NCBI GenBank assembly: GCA_028819305.1
Contig: JAPPLY010000047.1
Coordinates: 1 to 43,352 of the forward strand
Source of the DNA: Bdellovibrionales bacterium
GTDB lineage: Bacteria; Bdellovibrionota; Bdellovibrionia; Bdellovibrionales; UBA1609
Direction: 5' to 3'
DNA: 43,352 bases
Below the pieces are notes generated by a model. That model did not search any database. It was given only the letters and a program-made list of their open reading frames with translations, and was not told the origin of the DNA. The position numbers and the translations under genes were made by a program. Of the stretch, positions 9,807 through 19,532 are shown in pieces (position 1 is the stretch's first letter; the number at the start of each line of letters is the position of its first letter).

Positions 9807-10724
9807 TTAACTATTTGGTCCTTTTACGAAAGAGGCATTAGCACCACATTGTGTAACACCTTGAGCTAAGCCCATAGCCCATTCTTTTGAATACCAATAT
9901 GCCCATCGAGTACCGTTTAGCTTTTTCATCCAATCTTTTTCTTGTTTTTCGCTACGTTTAGCTAGCATGGTTTCTTTAAACAGTTTAGATAAACAATTAA
10001 GTTGCTCTTCATTATTGGGATCCCACTGCGTTTTTACATAGTAGCGATCTCCTTCTTCAGAGGCGGTAGGGATCAACATAATTGGTATTAAATGAGGAAT
10101 AAAATTTTCAAAAATTATTTTACCCATGTAAACTTTATCCTGATTATTGTTTTCCGAAAAGGAAACTTTATCAAAGATCTCTTTAGCCTGATCCGGTTCA
10201 ATACGAAGGAGAAACTTCACAATGTGCTTATAACGATGTTGATCTGTTGAGTTAAGCATCTCGTTAACACAGAACACAGGATCAAATGACTCCACCAGGG
10301 CTGTAGCTTTTTTTGCTAACTCAGCGTTGGTGTGCCGGGCAAGATCCATAACTGTAACCCCCATCAGTTCTTTATCTGTATTGGTACAAAGACATTTCTG
10401 TAAATCATCATTGTCTAACTTTGCAAGTTGATCGAGAAGTTCTCCTTTTTCATCCCTATTGGACCATTCCAACTGGAGCTTTTCGATGATTTGAATGGAA
10501 CCGCAAGATTTTTCCTTATCTTCTTCTGCTGTCTCTTGAGTTATATCTGTATTACCTTCATCCTCGTTCTTTGGTGTTGTCTCTGTCTCTTCAGGAGACT
10601 CCATTTCTGCATTTGAGGTTTCTGGTGTTTCGCCCTGATTTTGGGCGTAAGACAGATTTCCTATTCCTAAAATACAGATGATGGACAATAACCTTAAAAA
10701 CTTATGAAAAACATAGAAATGCAT
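9807..10724 (-). CDS. Secreted hypothetical protein with acidic N-terminal linker
   Basis: 305-aa ORF with GGGGA RBS, signal peptide ending LSYA-Q, E/T-rich linker and several Cys residues. Confidence 0.7.
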   Translation of the reverse strand: MHFYVFHKFLRLLSIICILGIGNLSYAQNQGETPETSNAEMESPEETETTPKNEDEGNTDITQETAEEDKEKSCGSIQIIEKLQLEWSNRDEKGELLDQLAKLDNDDLQKCLCTNTDKELMGVTVMDLARHTNAELAKKATALVESFDPVFCVNEMLNSTDQHRYKHIVKFLLRIEPDQAKEIFDKVSFSENNNQDKVYMGKIIFENFIPHLIPIMLIPTASEEGDRYYVKTQWDPNNEEQLNCLSKLFKETMLAKRSEKQEKDWMKKLNGTRWAYWYSKEWAMGLAQGVTQCGANASFVKGPNS

Positions 10725-10739
10725 AATTCCCCCTTGTTT

Positions 10740-10765
10740 AAGGGTTTTTTATACAAAAAACCCTT
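10740..10765. promoter_or_regulatory. Palindrome in a divergent promoter region (possible operator)
   Basis: AAGGGTTTTTT-atac-AAAAAACCCTT, a perfect 11-bp inverted repeat between two divergent genes. Confidence 0.35.
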
Positions 10766-10874
10766 TTATAGGTCAACCCTTAGAGTGATGAGGTTTAAAA
10801 AATGTGACATTACGGGGGCCTATAAGGTATGTAATTCAGAACAACCTAAGTTAACATTTATATTGTGTGTCGTT

Positions 10875-13304
10875 ATGGTGAGTAAATGTATTTTTATAAA
10901 TAGCTCTGTTCTTTTGATCGTCGTATTGCTGATGATGCAAGGATGTGGATTGCGTGTAGGGGAGAGAAACTCCTTTTTAAATACGGAGGGAGTGTCCATT
11001 GGGTGTTTAAATGAAATCAATGAAAAAATAGATCTGTATCTAAAAGGTCAGTTAACTGTTCATCAGATCAATCAGGTTTCCAATTGTTTAAAAGCGGCTC
11101 TAACTATTTTTAAAGATCGTGTGCGCGGGGAACAAAAAGGAGAATTTACTCCCCGTGAGTTAAGAAAATTTATTCATGATCTATTTTTACAGGATAGAGT
11201 GATAAATGATACTCTTTTAACTCAGCTGATGCGATTGAAGCGGGTTATTATTGGAGGACTTGTAGATAAATTGACCGAAGAGGATATTGAACGGTTCATT
11301 GTTTTTGTGGATGTCTTGAGTAAAGAAGTTCTTTTTTTTCAGCCTTATATTCAAATATTGAATACCACAAACGCTGAACAGGTAGAATGGGATATAAGTC
11401 ACTTAAACGCGACGATGGAGCAACAATTTGCAGATTCACTGAACCGTATCTCGATTTTTATCAGACAGTTTTCTCATCCTTATCTGCTTTCGGATTTAAA
11501 GATACTTGTCCAGGAATTATATTCCTTTTTTGATCATCAGTACAATATATCCAATGTTAATGAAAAAATAAATTTATTAGGTGTTTTGAAACAATTTTCT
11601 GTAGGTGGTGAGGATACAGTTATTCAGCCAAACGAATGGGAAGACTTTTTATTAGGGCACTCTTATTTAGTTTCTGTTGGTATCAATTATCTGATGTTAA
11701 AAAGACAAGGTGCCTTTATTTCTGCTCAAGGGATGCGTTACATATCTTTGATTGTACAAGATGTGTTGGATTTTTTGTCTCTCGCAGTAAAAAATCATCC
11801 CGATCGTGTAGTTAATGAATCTGATTTTTTTAAAGTCGTTTCTTACTTACAAAATAGGGGAATATTACCTAAAAGTTTTGAACAGAAAGCGGTAAGGAGT
11901 TTATTACTAATTATCTTTGGAAAAGTTTTTAATGTAGAAAAAGATAGATATGGAGTTATTGAATTAACATTCCCTCAATTAGATAAAATTCATAAAACCA
12001 TACAGCCGTGGAGAGGAGTACAGGCTTTTTTAGATCATATATCCCAGGAAACTGCTTTTAAGAAAAACAGGATGCTTCCTTTAACAATGCCCTCCTCTTT
12101 TTTTCCAGGAACAGAGTCTTTTTTAAAAGGACAAAATATTATGAAACAAATACTTTTGCTAAAACCTCTTTACGGGTCTGGAAGAAAAATCAATTTATCG
12201 AGGGAAATTTATAGTACAGAAAGTATCTTGAAAAAGATCCCTGATTATAAAAACTTAACTCTATACAACTTTTATTATCTTATAGCTACTATGATGAGAG
12301 AGGGATATGAAGCGAGATACCCTAGGAGTTCAGGCATGACTCAAAAAGAATTGAGGAGGTTCTTTCAGGATTTTAATATTATTGCTGAAAATATGGGGTG
12401 GTTTCAAAAAACAGAAAATAGGGCTTTAGCCGCCGGGGAAGCAGAGTTTATAGCGGCTAATATGTTAACACCTTCTGCCAAAGGGTTTGGTAAATGGAAT
12501 GAAGAAGAATATCTCACCTCCGGTGAAATTACGGAATATCTGTCCTATGCTATTTCTATTGGGTTTTCTCTTTTTGAGTTGGAATCGGCTATTTTAAAAA
12601 AATGTGGATCCGGTCATCATATAGAATCATCTAAGCATCCTCTTCACACAGATAATCAATATGACATTGATTGTGTTCGATTGCATTTGATTCCTGAATT
12701 TTTAAAGCAAGCGAAGAACATGTCTGATTTTCAAAAAGTTTTGTCAAGGATGGATGAAGAGCAAAAAAAAGGACTTACAGAAGCCCTTATTAACATTGCA
12801 TTTGAGACAGAGGAAGAATATCAACAAGTATCTTATCTGACCCAAGATCATTTAAAAAATATAATTATGGCTGTTTATTTTGTAGAAACCACCATCAATC
12901 GCTATGACTTAAATGGAGATTTTATTTTGGATAACGATGAGGTATGGGCTGCTTTCCCTAATTTTCATGGCTACTTATCCCATGTATTGATTTATTTAAT
13001 TTGTCAGTCCTCGGATGATTGGACAGCGGCCATGTATGCCTATGTTATAAAGAATCGTAGATTACCTACGGGTGATACTTTGAAATGGTATGAAAGTATG
13101 GGGGCAGCCATGCAGTTAATTACACATACGGCTTTGCGTGGCATTGGTATAAATTGGTGGGATCTATACTTAGATCATGAGAAGCTGACGCAGGTTTTTT
13201 CCACTCTGGTGAAGGGTTTTATGGCTAAGAAGAGAGAGCAAGCAGGGGAAACATGTAATACAGAACTTTTGGAAACTCTTAGAGATACCTCTCTCTATCC
13301 CTAA
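10875..13304 (+). CDS. Large helical hypothetical lipoprotein with an EF-hand-like loop
   Basis: The ORF-track start at 10704 overlaps the divergent gene. ATG 10875 gives a hydrophobic stretch and the lipobox-like MQGC. DLNGDFILDNDE near the C-terminus resembles an EF-hand loop. Confidence 0.7.
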   Translation: MVSKCIFINSSVLLIVVLLMMQGCGLRVGERNSFLNTEGVSIGCLNEINEKIDLYLKGQLTVHQINQVSNCLKAALTIFKDRVRGEQKGEFTPRELRKFIHDLFLQDRVINDTLLTQLMRLKRVIIGGLVDKLTEEDIERFIVFVDVLSKEVLFFQPYIQILNTTNAEQVEWDISHLNATMEQQFADSLNRISIFIRQFSHPYLLSDLKILVQELYSFFDHQYNISNVNEKINLLGVLKQFSVGGEDTVIQPNEWEDFLLGHSYLVSVGINYLMLKRQGAFISAQGMRYISLIVQDVLDFLSLAVKNHPDRVVNESDFFKVVSYLQNRGILPKSFEQKAVRSLLLIIFGKVFNVEKDRYGVIELTFPQLDKIHKTIQPWRGVQAFLDHISQETAFKKNRMLPLTMPSSFFPGTESFLKGQNIMKQILLLKPLYGSGRKINLSREIYSTESILKKIPDYKNLTLYNFYYLIATMMREGYEARYPRSSGMTQKELRRFFQDFNIIAENMGWFQKTENRALAAGEAEFIAANMLTPSAKGFGKWNEEEYLTSGEITEYLSYAISIGFSLFELESAILKKCGSGHHIESSKHPLHTDNQYDIDCVRLHLIPEFLKQAKNMSDFQKVLSRMDEEQKKGLTEALINIAFETEEEYQQVSYLTQDHLKNIIMAVYFVETTINRYDLNGDFILDNDEVWAAFPNFHGYLSHVLIYLICQSSDDWTAAMYAYVIKNRRLPTGDTLKWYESMGAAMQLITHTALRGIGINWWDLYLDHEKLTQVFSTLVKGFMAKKREQAGETCNTELLETLRDTSLYP

Positions 13305-14577
13305 TATCGGAGGCGATCACATCATGTCCCAGCCAGCAGACAGCCTGTTTTGTTTGAGCTATTTCCTGAAGTATGAGATTACCACAACTATTAAATAAGG
13401 TTTCACTTAAAAAAGGAGTGATGCTTTGGGAAGTGTCTTTATGAAGGCTGGACAGTTTTTTTGAGATATTAAGCATTTTTTCCATCTGTGCAGTACTGTT
13501 GTGTTGGGGCCATTTTTCAAATACAGATTGTTTTTTTACTTCTTCCGATTCAAAATAATTTTTTGTTGTTTCCGTAATAATATTAAAGGCGTCTTTTGTC
13601 ATTTGTTTTAAACAATGAGATACTATTTTTTGCCCGTCCTCTCCTCCGTCTTTTTTTAAAGCACCTAAAATAGTGTAAAGGGGAATTTCCACCCCTGGAA
13701 AGACAGCACTAGATTTAGTCAATATTTCGGGAACATTAAAAACACATGTGTTTAAGCCCTTACGGGAAAAGTCAGAGGAAATATTTTCCAACTCCATCTT
13801 AGCAAAACCTTGCAGATAAGGTGAATACGTTTGCCATTGATACTGATTTTCTATAAGAACTTCGGTGCCATGATAACTATAGGCCGTATAAAAAATTTGC
13901 CGGTTTTGTTTGTTTAATTGCTCTCTTAAAGGCGTACTCAATTCAATTAAATGCTTATATGTTTGAGCGGTTACTTCATTAAAATTATTTTCGCAAAACC
14001 ATCCCATATCTGATTTCCAAAAAACTTCAGAAGAAAAAAATCTTTTCCCTACTCCTTTAAGGACACGGTTGAGTATAGGGAGTAAAATTTTCGTTCTAGG
14101 CACTCCTCCAGCCATAGTATGAGCTATCAATACATTGCCTTTATCCGGCAATAGGGCCGTTAGCTCTTTTAACCATTGCTTTGTGCGGTTTTGAAAAGAC
14201 AATATAGCTCTTTTTTTAGAATCTTCTATTACATTTTTATCTAGTGTAGTTTGATCCCATTGACTTAATTTGATTTCCTGGCAGAGATCAATAGGCCGCT
14301 GACCAGAGTGAGAAGGCTCCATATCAAAGCCCGCTTCCAAAGGGATATTAATAAGAGGAGAAGGTTGCGACTCTAATTCCTGTGCATTTAGTTGTCTTAA
14401 CTTTCCATCTGAGTCACGTCGTCCTACCGTAGAGTAAATCACTTTCATTCCTTTAGACTGAGCAGAGCGAATCAAGCCACTGACATATCCACCGGGAAAA
14501 ACTTCTCCAAAAATAACAAGAGTATCTGTTTCTTTAAAATGGATTTTTTTAATCTCTCTTACAGCTTTTAATTGCAT
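13279..14577 (-). CDS. Probable FabMG-family enoyl-ACP reductase
   Basis: FGEVFPGGYVSGL, STVGRRD, IPLEAGFD, AHTMAGGVP, YHGT and YLQGFAKMELE, recognised from memory of this family. RBS AGGAG. Confidence 0.6.
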   Translation of the reverse strand: MQLKAVREIKKIHFKETDTLVIFGEVFPGGYVSGLIRSAQSKGMKVIYSTVGRRDSDGKLRQLNAQELESQPSPLINIPLEAGFDMEPSHSGQRPIDLCQEIKLSQWDQTTLDKNVIEDSKKRAILSFQNRTKQWLKELTALLPDKGNVLIAHTMAGGVPRTKILLPILNRVLKGVGKRFFSSEVFWKSDMGWFCENNFNEVTAQTYKHLIELSTPLREQLNKQNRQIFYTAYSYHGTEVLIENQYQWQTYSPYLQGFAKMELENISSDFSRKGLNTCVFNVPEILTKSSAVFPGVEIPLYTILGALKKDGGEDGQKIVSHCLKQMTKDAFNIITETTKNYFESEEVKKQSVFEKWPQHNSTAQMEKMLNISKKLSSLHKDTSQSITPFLSETLFNSCGNLILQEIAQTKQAVCWLGHDVIASDIRDRERYL

Positions 14578-14782
14578 AAATCTCCTAAAGATTATATTTT
14601 CTTAGCTGAGTTTTGTAGTAAACTCTATTTTTAGCTACTAGAATTAATTTAAAGATACTCCATAAATAACCCGTTTTCCACTTTTTATTGGACTTAAACC
14701 TTTTTTATAGTCAGACTTTTTCTTTATTTTTATTATGATGATAGATATAAAAAATCAATGCTTTCCTAGTTGAGAAAAAAAT

Positions 14783-15949
14783 ATGCTTGAAACATATTTG
14801 ACACCAATAGCTAAACAGAATGATTCAGAACAATTTAATTTGCTCAAAGACCCTTCCATTCCTATTTCAACCGAAGGTATTAAATATAGTGGTTCTAAAC
14901 TAAAATTACTTCCTTATATTCTTTCTGTCGTTCATTCTCTACCTGTAAAACGAATATTGGATGGTTTTTCAGGAACGACAAGAGTGAGCCAAGCTCTTGC
15001 AAAATGTGATTACCAAGTAATTGCAAATGATTTGGCTGTTTGGTCAAAAGTTTTTGGAGAATGTTATTTGAAAGGAAAAAAAAGTAATCCATTACAAGAA
15101 AAGATAGATTACCTCAATAGTTTAAAAGGTTATATAGGTTGGTTTTCAGAATATTATGGGGGTAAAGCCAATGGAGGTCTTTCCCTCCATTCAGACGGAA
15201 AGAAAAAAATCTGGCAAATACATAATACAAAAAAACTAGATGCTATAAGACCAGAAATAGATAAGGTGGCAGAGAGTTCTGTTGAAAAATCTATTTTATT
15301 GACAAGTTTGATTTTGGCTTTGGATAAAGTGGACAGCACTCTTGGACATTATGCCTCTTATCTTCGGGAATGGTCTCCTCGTTCTTTTAATAAAGTGAAA
15401 CTCTTAATGCCCTTGATGGAAACAAAATCAAGCCATCATAAAGTAATGAATAAAGATATTTTTCAAGTTCTCCGTAAAGTTAAAGTTGATTTGTCCTATT
15501 TTGACCCCCCCTATGGTTCTAATAATGAAAAGATGCCTCCTTCTCGTGTTCGTTATGCTTCTTATTATCATGTTTGGAAGACAATATGTTTAAATGATGA
15601 ACCGGAACTGTCAGGTAAAACAAACAGAAGAACAGACTGCAATGATAGAGTGGCAGGTTCTGTTTTTGAAGAATTTCGGAAAAATACAGAGGGAGAGTTT
15701 ATCGCTCTAAAAGCCATTGAGAAACTGATAAAAGAATGTTCCTCCCCGTATATATTGCTTTCTTATAATAATGGAGGAAGAGCGACAAAAGAAGAAATAT
15801 GTGAAATCATCAGCAAACAATGCAAGAAAGCTCATATTTTTTCAATTGATTACAAACGCAATGTTATGTCGGGAATGCGATGGACTTACGATTGGACAAA
15901 AACTAAAGAAGGAAAAAACATAGAGTTTCTATTCTTAATGGAAAAATAA
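14783..15949 (+). CDS. D12-class N6-adenine DNA methyltransferase (apparently orphan)
   Basis: KYSGSK, SAM-binding motif DGFSGT and catalytic YFDPPY in alpha-class order. Confidence 0.88.
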   Translation: MLETYLTPIAKQNDSEQFNLLKDPSIPISTEGIKYSGSKLKLLPYILSVVHSLPVKRILDGFSGTTRVSQALAKCDYQVIANDLAVWSKVFGECYLKGKKSNPLQEKIDYLNSLKGYIGWFSEYYGGKANGGLSLHSDGKKKIWQIHNTKKLDAIRPEIDKVAESSVEKSILLTSLILALDKVDSTLGHYASYLREWSPRSFNKVKLLMPLMETKSSHHKVMNKDIFQVLRKVKVDLSYFDPPYGSNNEKMPPSRVRYASYYHVWKTICLNDEPELSGKTNRRTDCNDRVAGSVFEEFRKNTEGEFIALKAIEKLIKECSSPYILLSYNNGGRATKEEICEIISKQCKKAHIFSIDYKRNVMSGMRWTYDWTKTKEGKNIEFLFLMEK

Positions 15950-16028
15950 ATTTTATAAAGATAGGCAAAATTCAATACTAGGGACTTGACCCGTATAATT
16001 TTCAGCTTAAGGTGAAGTGTGGGTGCCT

Positions 16029-16310
16029 TTACAAAATCGGACTGATTTCTGTTTCTTGGGTGGGACGAGCTTCTTTCAAAGAAAGATTTTTGGCAAACAA
16101 ACCTCTGGCTGTTCTGACAACCAAGACTTCCACAATATCCCCTTCATTGAGTTTTTCATAAGAAGTATTGGTAAATTCTGTTACAGTAGAAAAATATACA
16201 TCTTGTTTATTTTTTTTATCCCAAATAGCGCCAAAACCAATATCTGGCATAATCCGTCGGATAGCTCCTTTGGCTGGTCCTTTGACTTCTAATATCTTCT
16301 CATACATCAA
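16029..16310 (-). CDS. Divergent cold-shock (OB-fold) domain protein
   Basis: KGAIRRIMPDIGFGAI (RNP1-like), DVYF (RNP2-like) and LNEGDIVEV. AAGGA RBS; start at 16310 or 16307. Confidence 0.7.
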   Translation of the reverse strand: MMYEKILEVKGPAKGAIRRIMPDIGFGAIWDKKNKQDVYFSTVTEFTNTSYEKLNEGDIVEVLVVRTARGLFAKNLSLKEARPTQETEISPIL

Positions 16311-16387
16311 TTTATCCTTTTTAATTAAAGTCTTATCTTTTAATCATAAAACCATTAAACCATAAAGCAAAAAGTATTCCATACTCT

Positions 16388-19252
16388 TTATAAAGAAATA
16401 CAATCCTTTGTAATCAATTCTTTTGGGGTTTTAACAATCTGCGGCAATCCCGGCCCCGTAATTTTTTGACCTTTGGATTCTTTTTTAGACAAATCTAAAT
16501 TTAACTTCAAAAGAAAATCAAGTTCATCTTGTGTTTTTTTGAAACCATAAGCAGAATAAACGGCTTCATCTAAAGCTTTGTGATGTTTTAACAATTCATA
16601 GTCCCCAGGCAATTCCATAGAACGATATAGATCACGATAACTTATCCCTTCTGTTTTTAAAATTTTTATTCTCACTTCTCTTAATTTTCTAGCTCTTTTA
16701 ACGATTGTCTTTATCTGAGTTAATGTCGGTTTTTGTGGCCAAGGAAATGTATCATATACTGTGTTAATCGTATATCGAAAAGTCTCAGCTAAAGTCGAAC
16801 ACTTATGTGTGAACCAAATCCAATGCATACTGGATTGTAAAACACCAAAAGAGTAATCATCATCAAAAGTAAAAACAATCAAAGCATCATTTGGGTTGAT
16901 GTTTGAATGGACAAACTCAAAGATGCCCCTTTGAGTAACACGACCACAGACACAGTATCTTTTTATTTTTCTAATTTTTTTCATTAAATCTGTTCTGGGA
17001 TAAGATAACTGCCACCATTTTTTTAAAAAGTTCTGATGATGTTTGTTCACTCTAGCTTTAGGGTTTGTTTTCAGCAATTTTTTGTTTCGCGCCCTCTCCT
17101 TCTCCGCTTCCTCTCTCCTTTTTGGCAAAACTGTTTTTTCTATGACTTTATATAATGCTTTATATCTTTGTGCTTGTATTAAAGTTTTACCTGAAAAATC
17201 TATAACAAATCTTTTTGGCAAAGGAGTTTTTCCAGCTATAAAATTATGAGCTGTTAAAAAAGGTTTTAAAACTTCTTTAAAAATTGGTTTTCTTGAAATC
17301 ATTTTTTCAGCTTCTTTTCCAGATATTAAAAAAGTGAAATGTCCATGTGTTTGACCTTGGTAAGCCGTCTTAGATTTTCTATTAATATTTAACACCTTAG
17401 CTTGAGAAACATCCGCATCAATAGACAATGCAGAATTAATTTCCCTTAGCTTATTAGCATGTAATTCTTGTGCATAGCCATCCAGATATATACTTTTTCC
17501 TATAAAAAGCTTCTTTTTTTTATTTTTGTATAGTTTATCTTTTGTCCAATTTACTATAGACACATATACAGCCGCCTCACCAGACCATTTTTGGCTAGAT
17601 ACAGCTTCCGTGATAATACCTCCGTTTTGAACTATGTAATCCAAAGAGCCTTCTCTGGAATAGTTTTGCCGAATAGTATTTGTTCCAACCAGTCCAGCCA
17701 TGCCTTTTTTGGAAAGATGGTCATGGGCTTTTTTAAACCAATAAACACAATAATCCGCTCTTCCTGGCACAGTGGGATAAGCTTCACGAATTTTGTTTAT
17801 ATAACTTACTCCCATTTCTTGTTGGATTTTGTTCTTGGATTGGTAGGGAGGGTTACCAATAATAGCATCCACTTTAGGCCACTTAGCAAACAAGGCATCT
17901 TCAGCTAAAAAGTTATTATCCAAGTCATCAAACGGCAAAGAGGGGTCTTTTATATTAAACTCATCAGCTAAAAGTTTTCGACCAATAGATAAAGCTACTT
18001 TTGCTAATTCTAAACCAAATTTATTTGTATCAAGACCATAAAAGTTTTTCGGGGAGACAAGCAACCCAAGCTCTGAAGGACGAATTTGTCCGCCTTCTCC
18101 TAAATCTTCCAGAATTTCCATTTCCAGTTTTCTTAACTCCCTAAAAGCGATATAAAGAAAATTTCCACTACCACAGGCAGGGTCTAAAACTTTAAACTCC
18201 TGTATCTCTTTTAATAGCTTTCTTTTGTCCCTCTTTGTTTTTGCCTTATTTATTTTTTCTTTAAATGGTTGGACAATAGAAGGCCCAACAATTTTATATA
18301 TGTCTAATTCATGAGTATAATGAATACCGTGACCATGTCTCCTTTTTGGATCCATACTTCCTTCAAAAAGAGAGCCAAATATAGATGGCCTCACTTTTTC
18401 CCAATTTTGCTTTGAGGCATCATACAGTAATTCCACTTCTTTATAAGATAGCTCCACCGCATCCGTTTTTTTAAAGATTCCCCCATTAAAGTATTCAATG
18501 TGTTTATATTTCTTTGGCTTATCAAATTTATTTTTGACTGCCATTGCCTTAAATAAGAGGGACAGCTCTTTTTGAGCTGGAAAATCAATTAAGCATTTTT
18601 TTAAAATCTCATGTAAAGTGTATTGAGGTATCAATCCAACATCTTCTGAAAACAAAGCTATAACTAATTGGAGTATAAATCTTTGAGCTTTATCTTTTGA
18701 TATTCCTCTTTTTTCCATGGACAGATAAATTGCGCCAATAGTTTTTGCAACCTGTTCTGTGATAGCTACATTATGGTTGTCAAATAAAGGCTCTTCCTCT
18801 ACAGGCAAAAGAAACTTTAAAGCTCCCCAACTCATTTGAAGGTCTTTTGTATTCAGCTTATGAACAGGATCATGTAATTGGCTGTTTAAGTCGTATATCC
18901 AAAATTCATCAAAATTACATAAAACCATATACTTTGGACGACTAGGAACTAGAGTAATCCAGTAATCAAAAGCTTGATCATAGTGTTTTTTAAGAGGTGT
19001 GCCTCTTTTTTTTAATTCCATAATTACTCTAGGTTTCCAAACAAGATCGGGGAAAATAACTCCTTTACCCTTTTGTTTTTTGACAGGCTGTTCACAAACA
19101 GCACCAGCTCCTAAAACTCCTGTGTTACCAAAAGCTTGAAGAAGCCGATCAAAAAATATCTGACCTTCTCCTTTTTCAGAGCCTTTGCAGTTTTTAAACC
19201 AGTTTAAAAAAGTCTTGATTCTTTCTTGGTGTTCTTTTTGATTGATGGCCAT
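16388..19252 (-). CDS. MmeI-like type IIL/IIG fused restriction-modification enzyme
   Basis: N-terminal PD...ELK nuclease motif with YDQAFDY, then GIHYT, DPACGSGNFL, IGNPPY and a C-terminal target-recognition region (FGVLQSSMH...YDTFPWP). 954 aa. Confidence 0.88.
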   Translation of the reverse strand: MAINQKEHQERIKTFLNWFKNCKGSEKGEGQIFFDRLLQAFGNTGVLGAGAVCEQPVKKQKGKGVIFPDLVWKPRVIMELKKRGTPLKKHYDQAFDYWITLVPSRPKYMVLCNFDEFWIYDLNSQLHDPVHKLNTKDLQMSWGALKFLLPVEEEPLFDNHNVAITEQVAKTIGAIYLSMEKRGISKDKAQRFILQLVIALFSEDVGLIPQYTLHEILKKCLIDFPAQKELSLLFKAMAVKNKFDKPKKYKHIEYFNGGIFKKTDAVELSYKEVELLYDASKQNWEKVRPSIFGSLFEGSMDPKRRHGHGIHYTHELDIYKIVGPSIVQPFKEKINKAKTKRDKRKLLKEIQEFKVLDPACGSGNFLYIAFRELRKLEMEILEDLGEGGQIRPSELGLLVSPKNFYGLDTNKFGLELAKVALSIGRKLLADEFNIKDPSLPFDDLDNNFLAEDALFAKWPKVDAIIGNPPYQSKNKIQQEMGVSYINKIREAYPTVPGRADYCVYWFKKAHDHLSKKGMAGLVGTNTIRQNYSREGSLDYIVQNGGIITEAVSSQKWSGEAAVYVSIVNWTKDKLYKNKKKKLFIGKSIYLDGYAQELHANKLREINSALSIDADVSQAKVLNINRKSKTAYQGQTHGHFTFLISGKEAEKMISRKPIFKEVLKPFLTAHNFIAGKTPLPKRFVIDFSGKTLIQAQRYKALYKVIEKTVLPKRREEAEKERARNKKLLKTNPKARVNKHHQNFLKKWWQLSYPRTDLMKKIRKIKRYCVCGRVTQRGIFEFVHSNINPNDALIVFTFDDDYSFGVLQSSMHWIWFTHKCSTLAETFRYTINTVYDTFPWPQKPTLTQIKTIVKRARKLREVRIKILKTEGISYRDLYRSMELPGDYELLKHHKALDEAVYSAYGFKKTQDELDFLLKLNLDLSKKESKGQKITGPGLPQIVKTPKELITKDCISL

Positions 19253-19365
19253 GATGCATTTAAGTATTTATGTTTTTTTGTTTTAAAGCAATAGGTTCTA
19301 GCTACAGCTCATACTTTTTAGAAAAACTTTTTACTTAAGGAATTTTTATTTAAACTCAGAGGGTT

Positions 19366-19474
19366 TGATCCTCGTGTCCACGAGGACAAGTTTTTCCAAG
19401 CTTTATAAGAGTTTTGACCTCTAAATAAATAGAAAATCAAACGAGAAAACCTGTCCTCGCGGAAGCGAGGATCA
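19366..19474. repeat. Inverted pair of REP-like palindromes (REPIN-like)
   Basis: 19366-19394 TGATCCTCGTGTCCACGAGGACAAGTTTT matches the reverse complement of 19446-19474 at 25/29; each copy is itself a hairpin. Confidence 0.75.
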
Positions 19475-19532
19475 GATACGATCAGTATATTTTAACTTTT
19501 ACAGACTTTAGTATTGTCCTTTGATTTAAACA

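Noticed and set aside
10704-10874. N-terminal 57 codons of the 866-aa ORF
   Set aside because: They overlap the start of the divergent gene; the signal peptide and lipobox fit ATG 10875.
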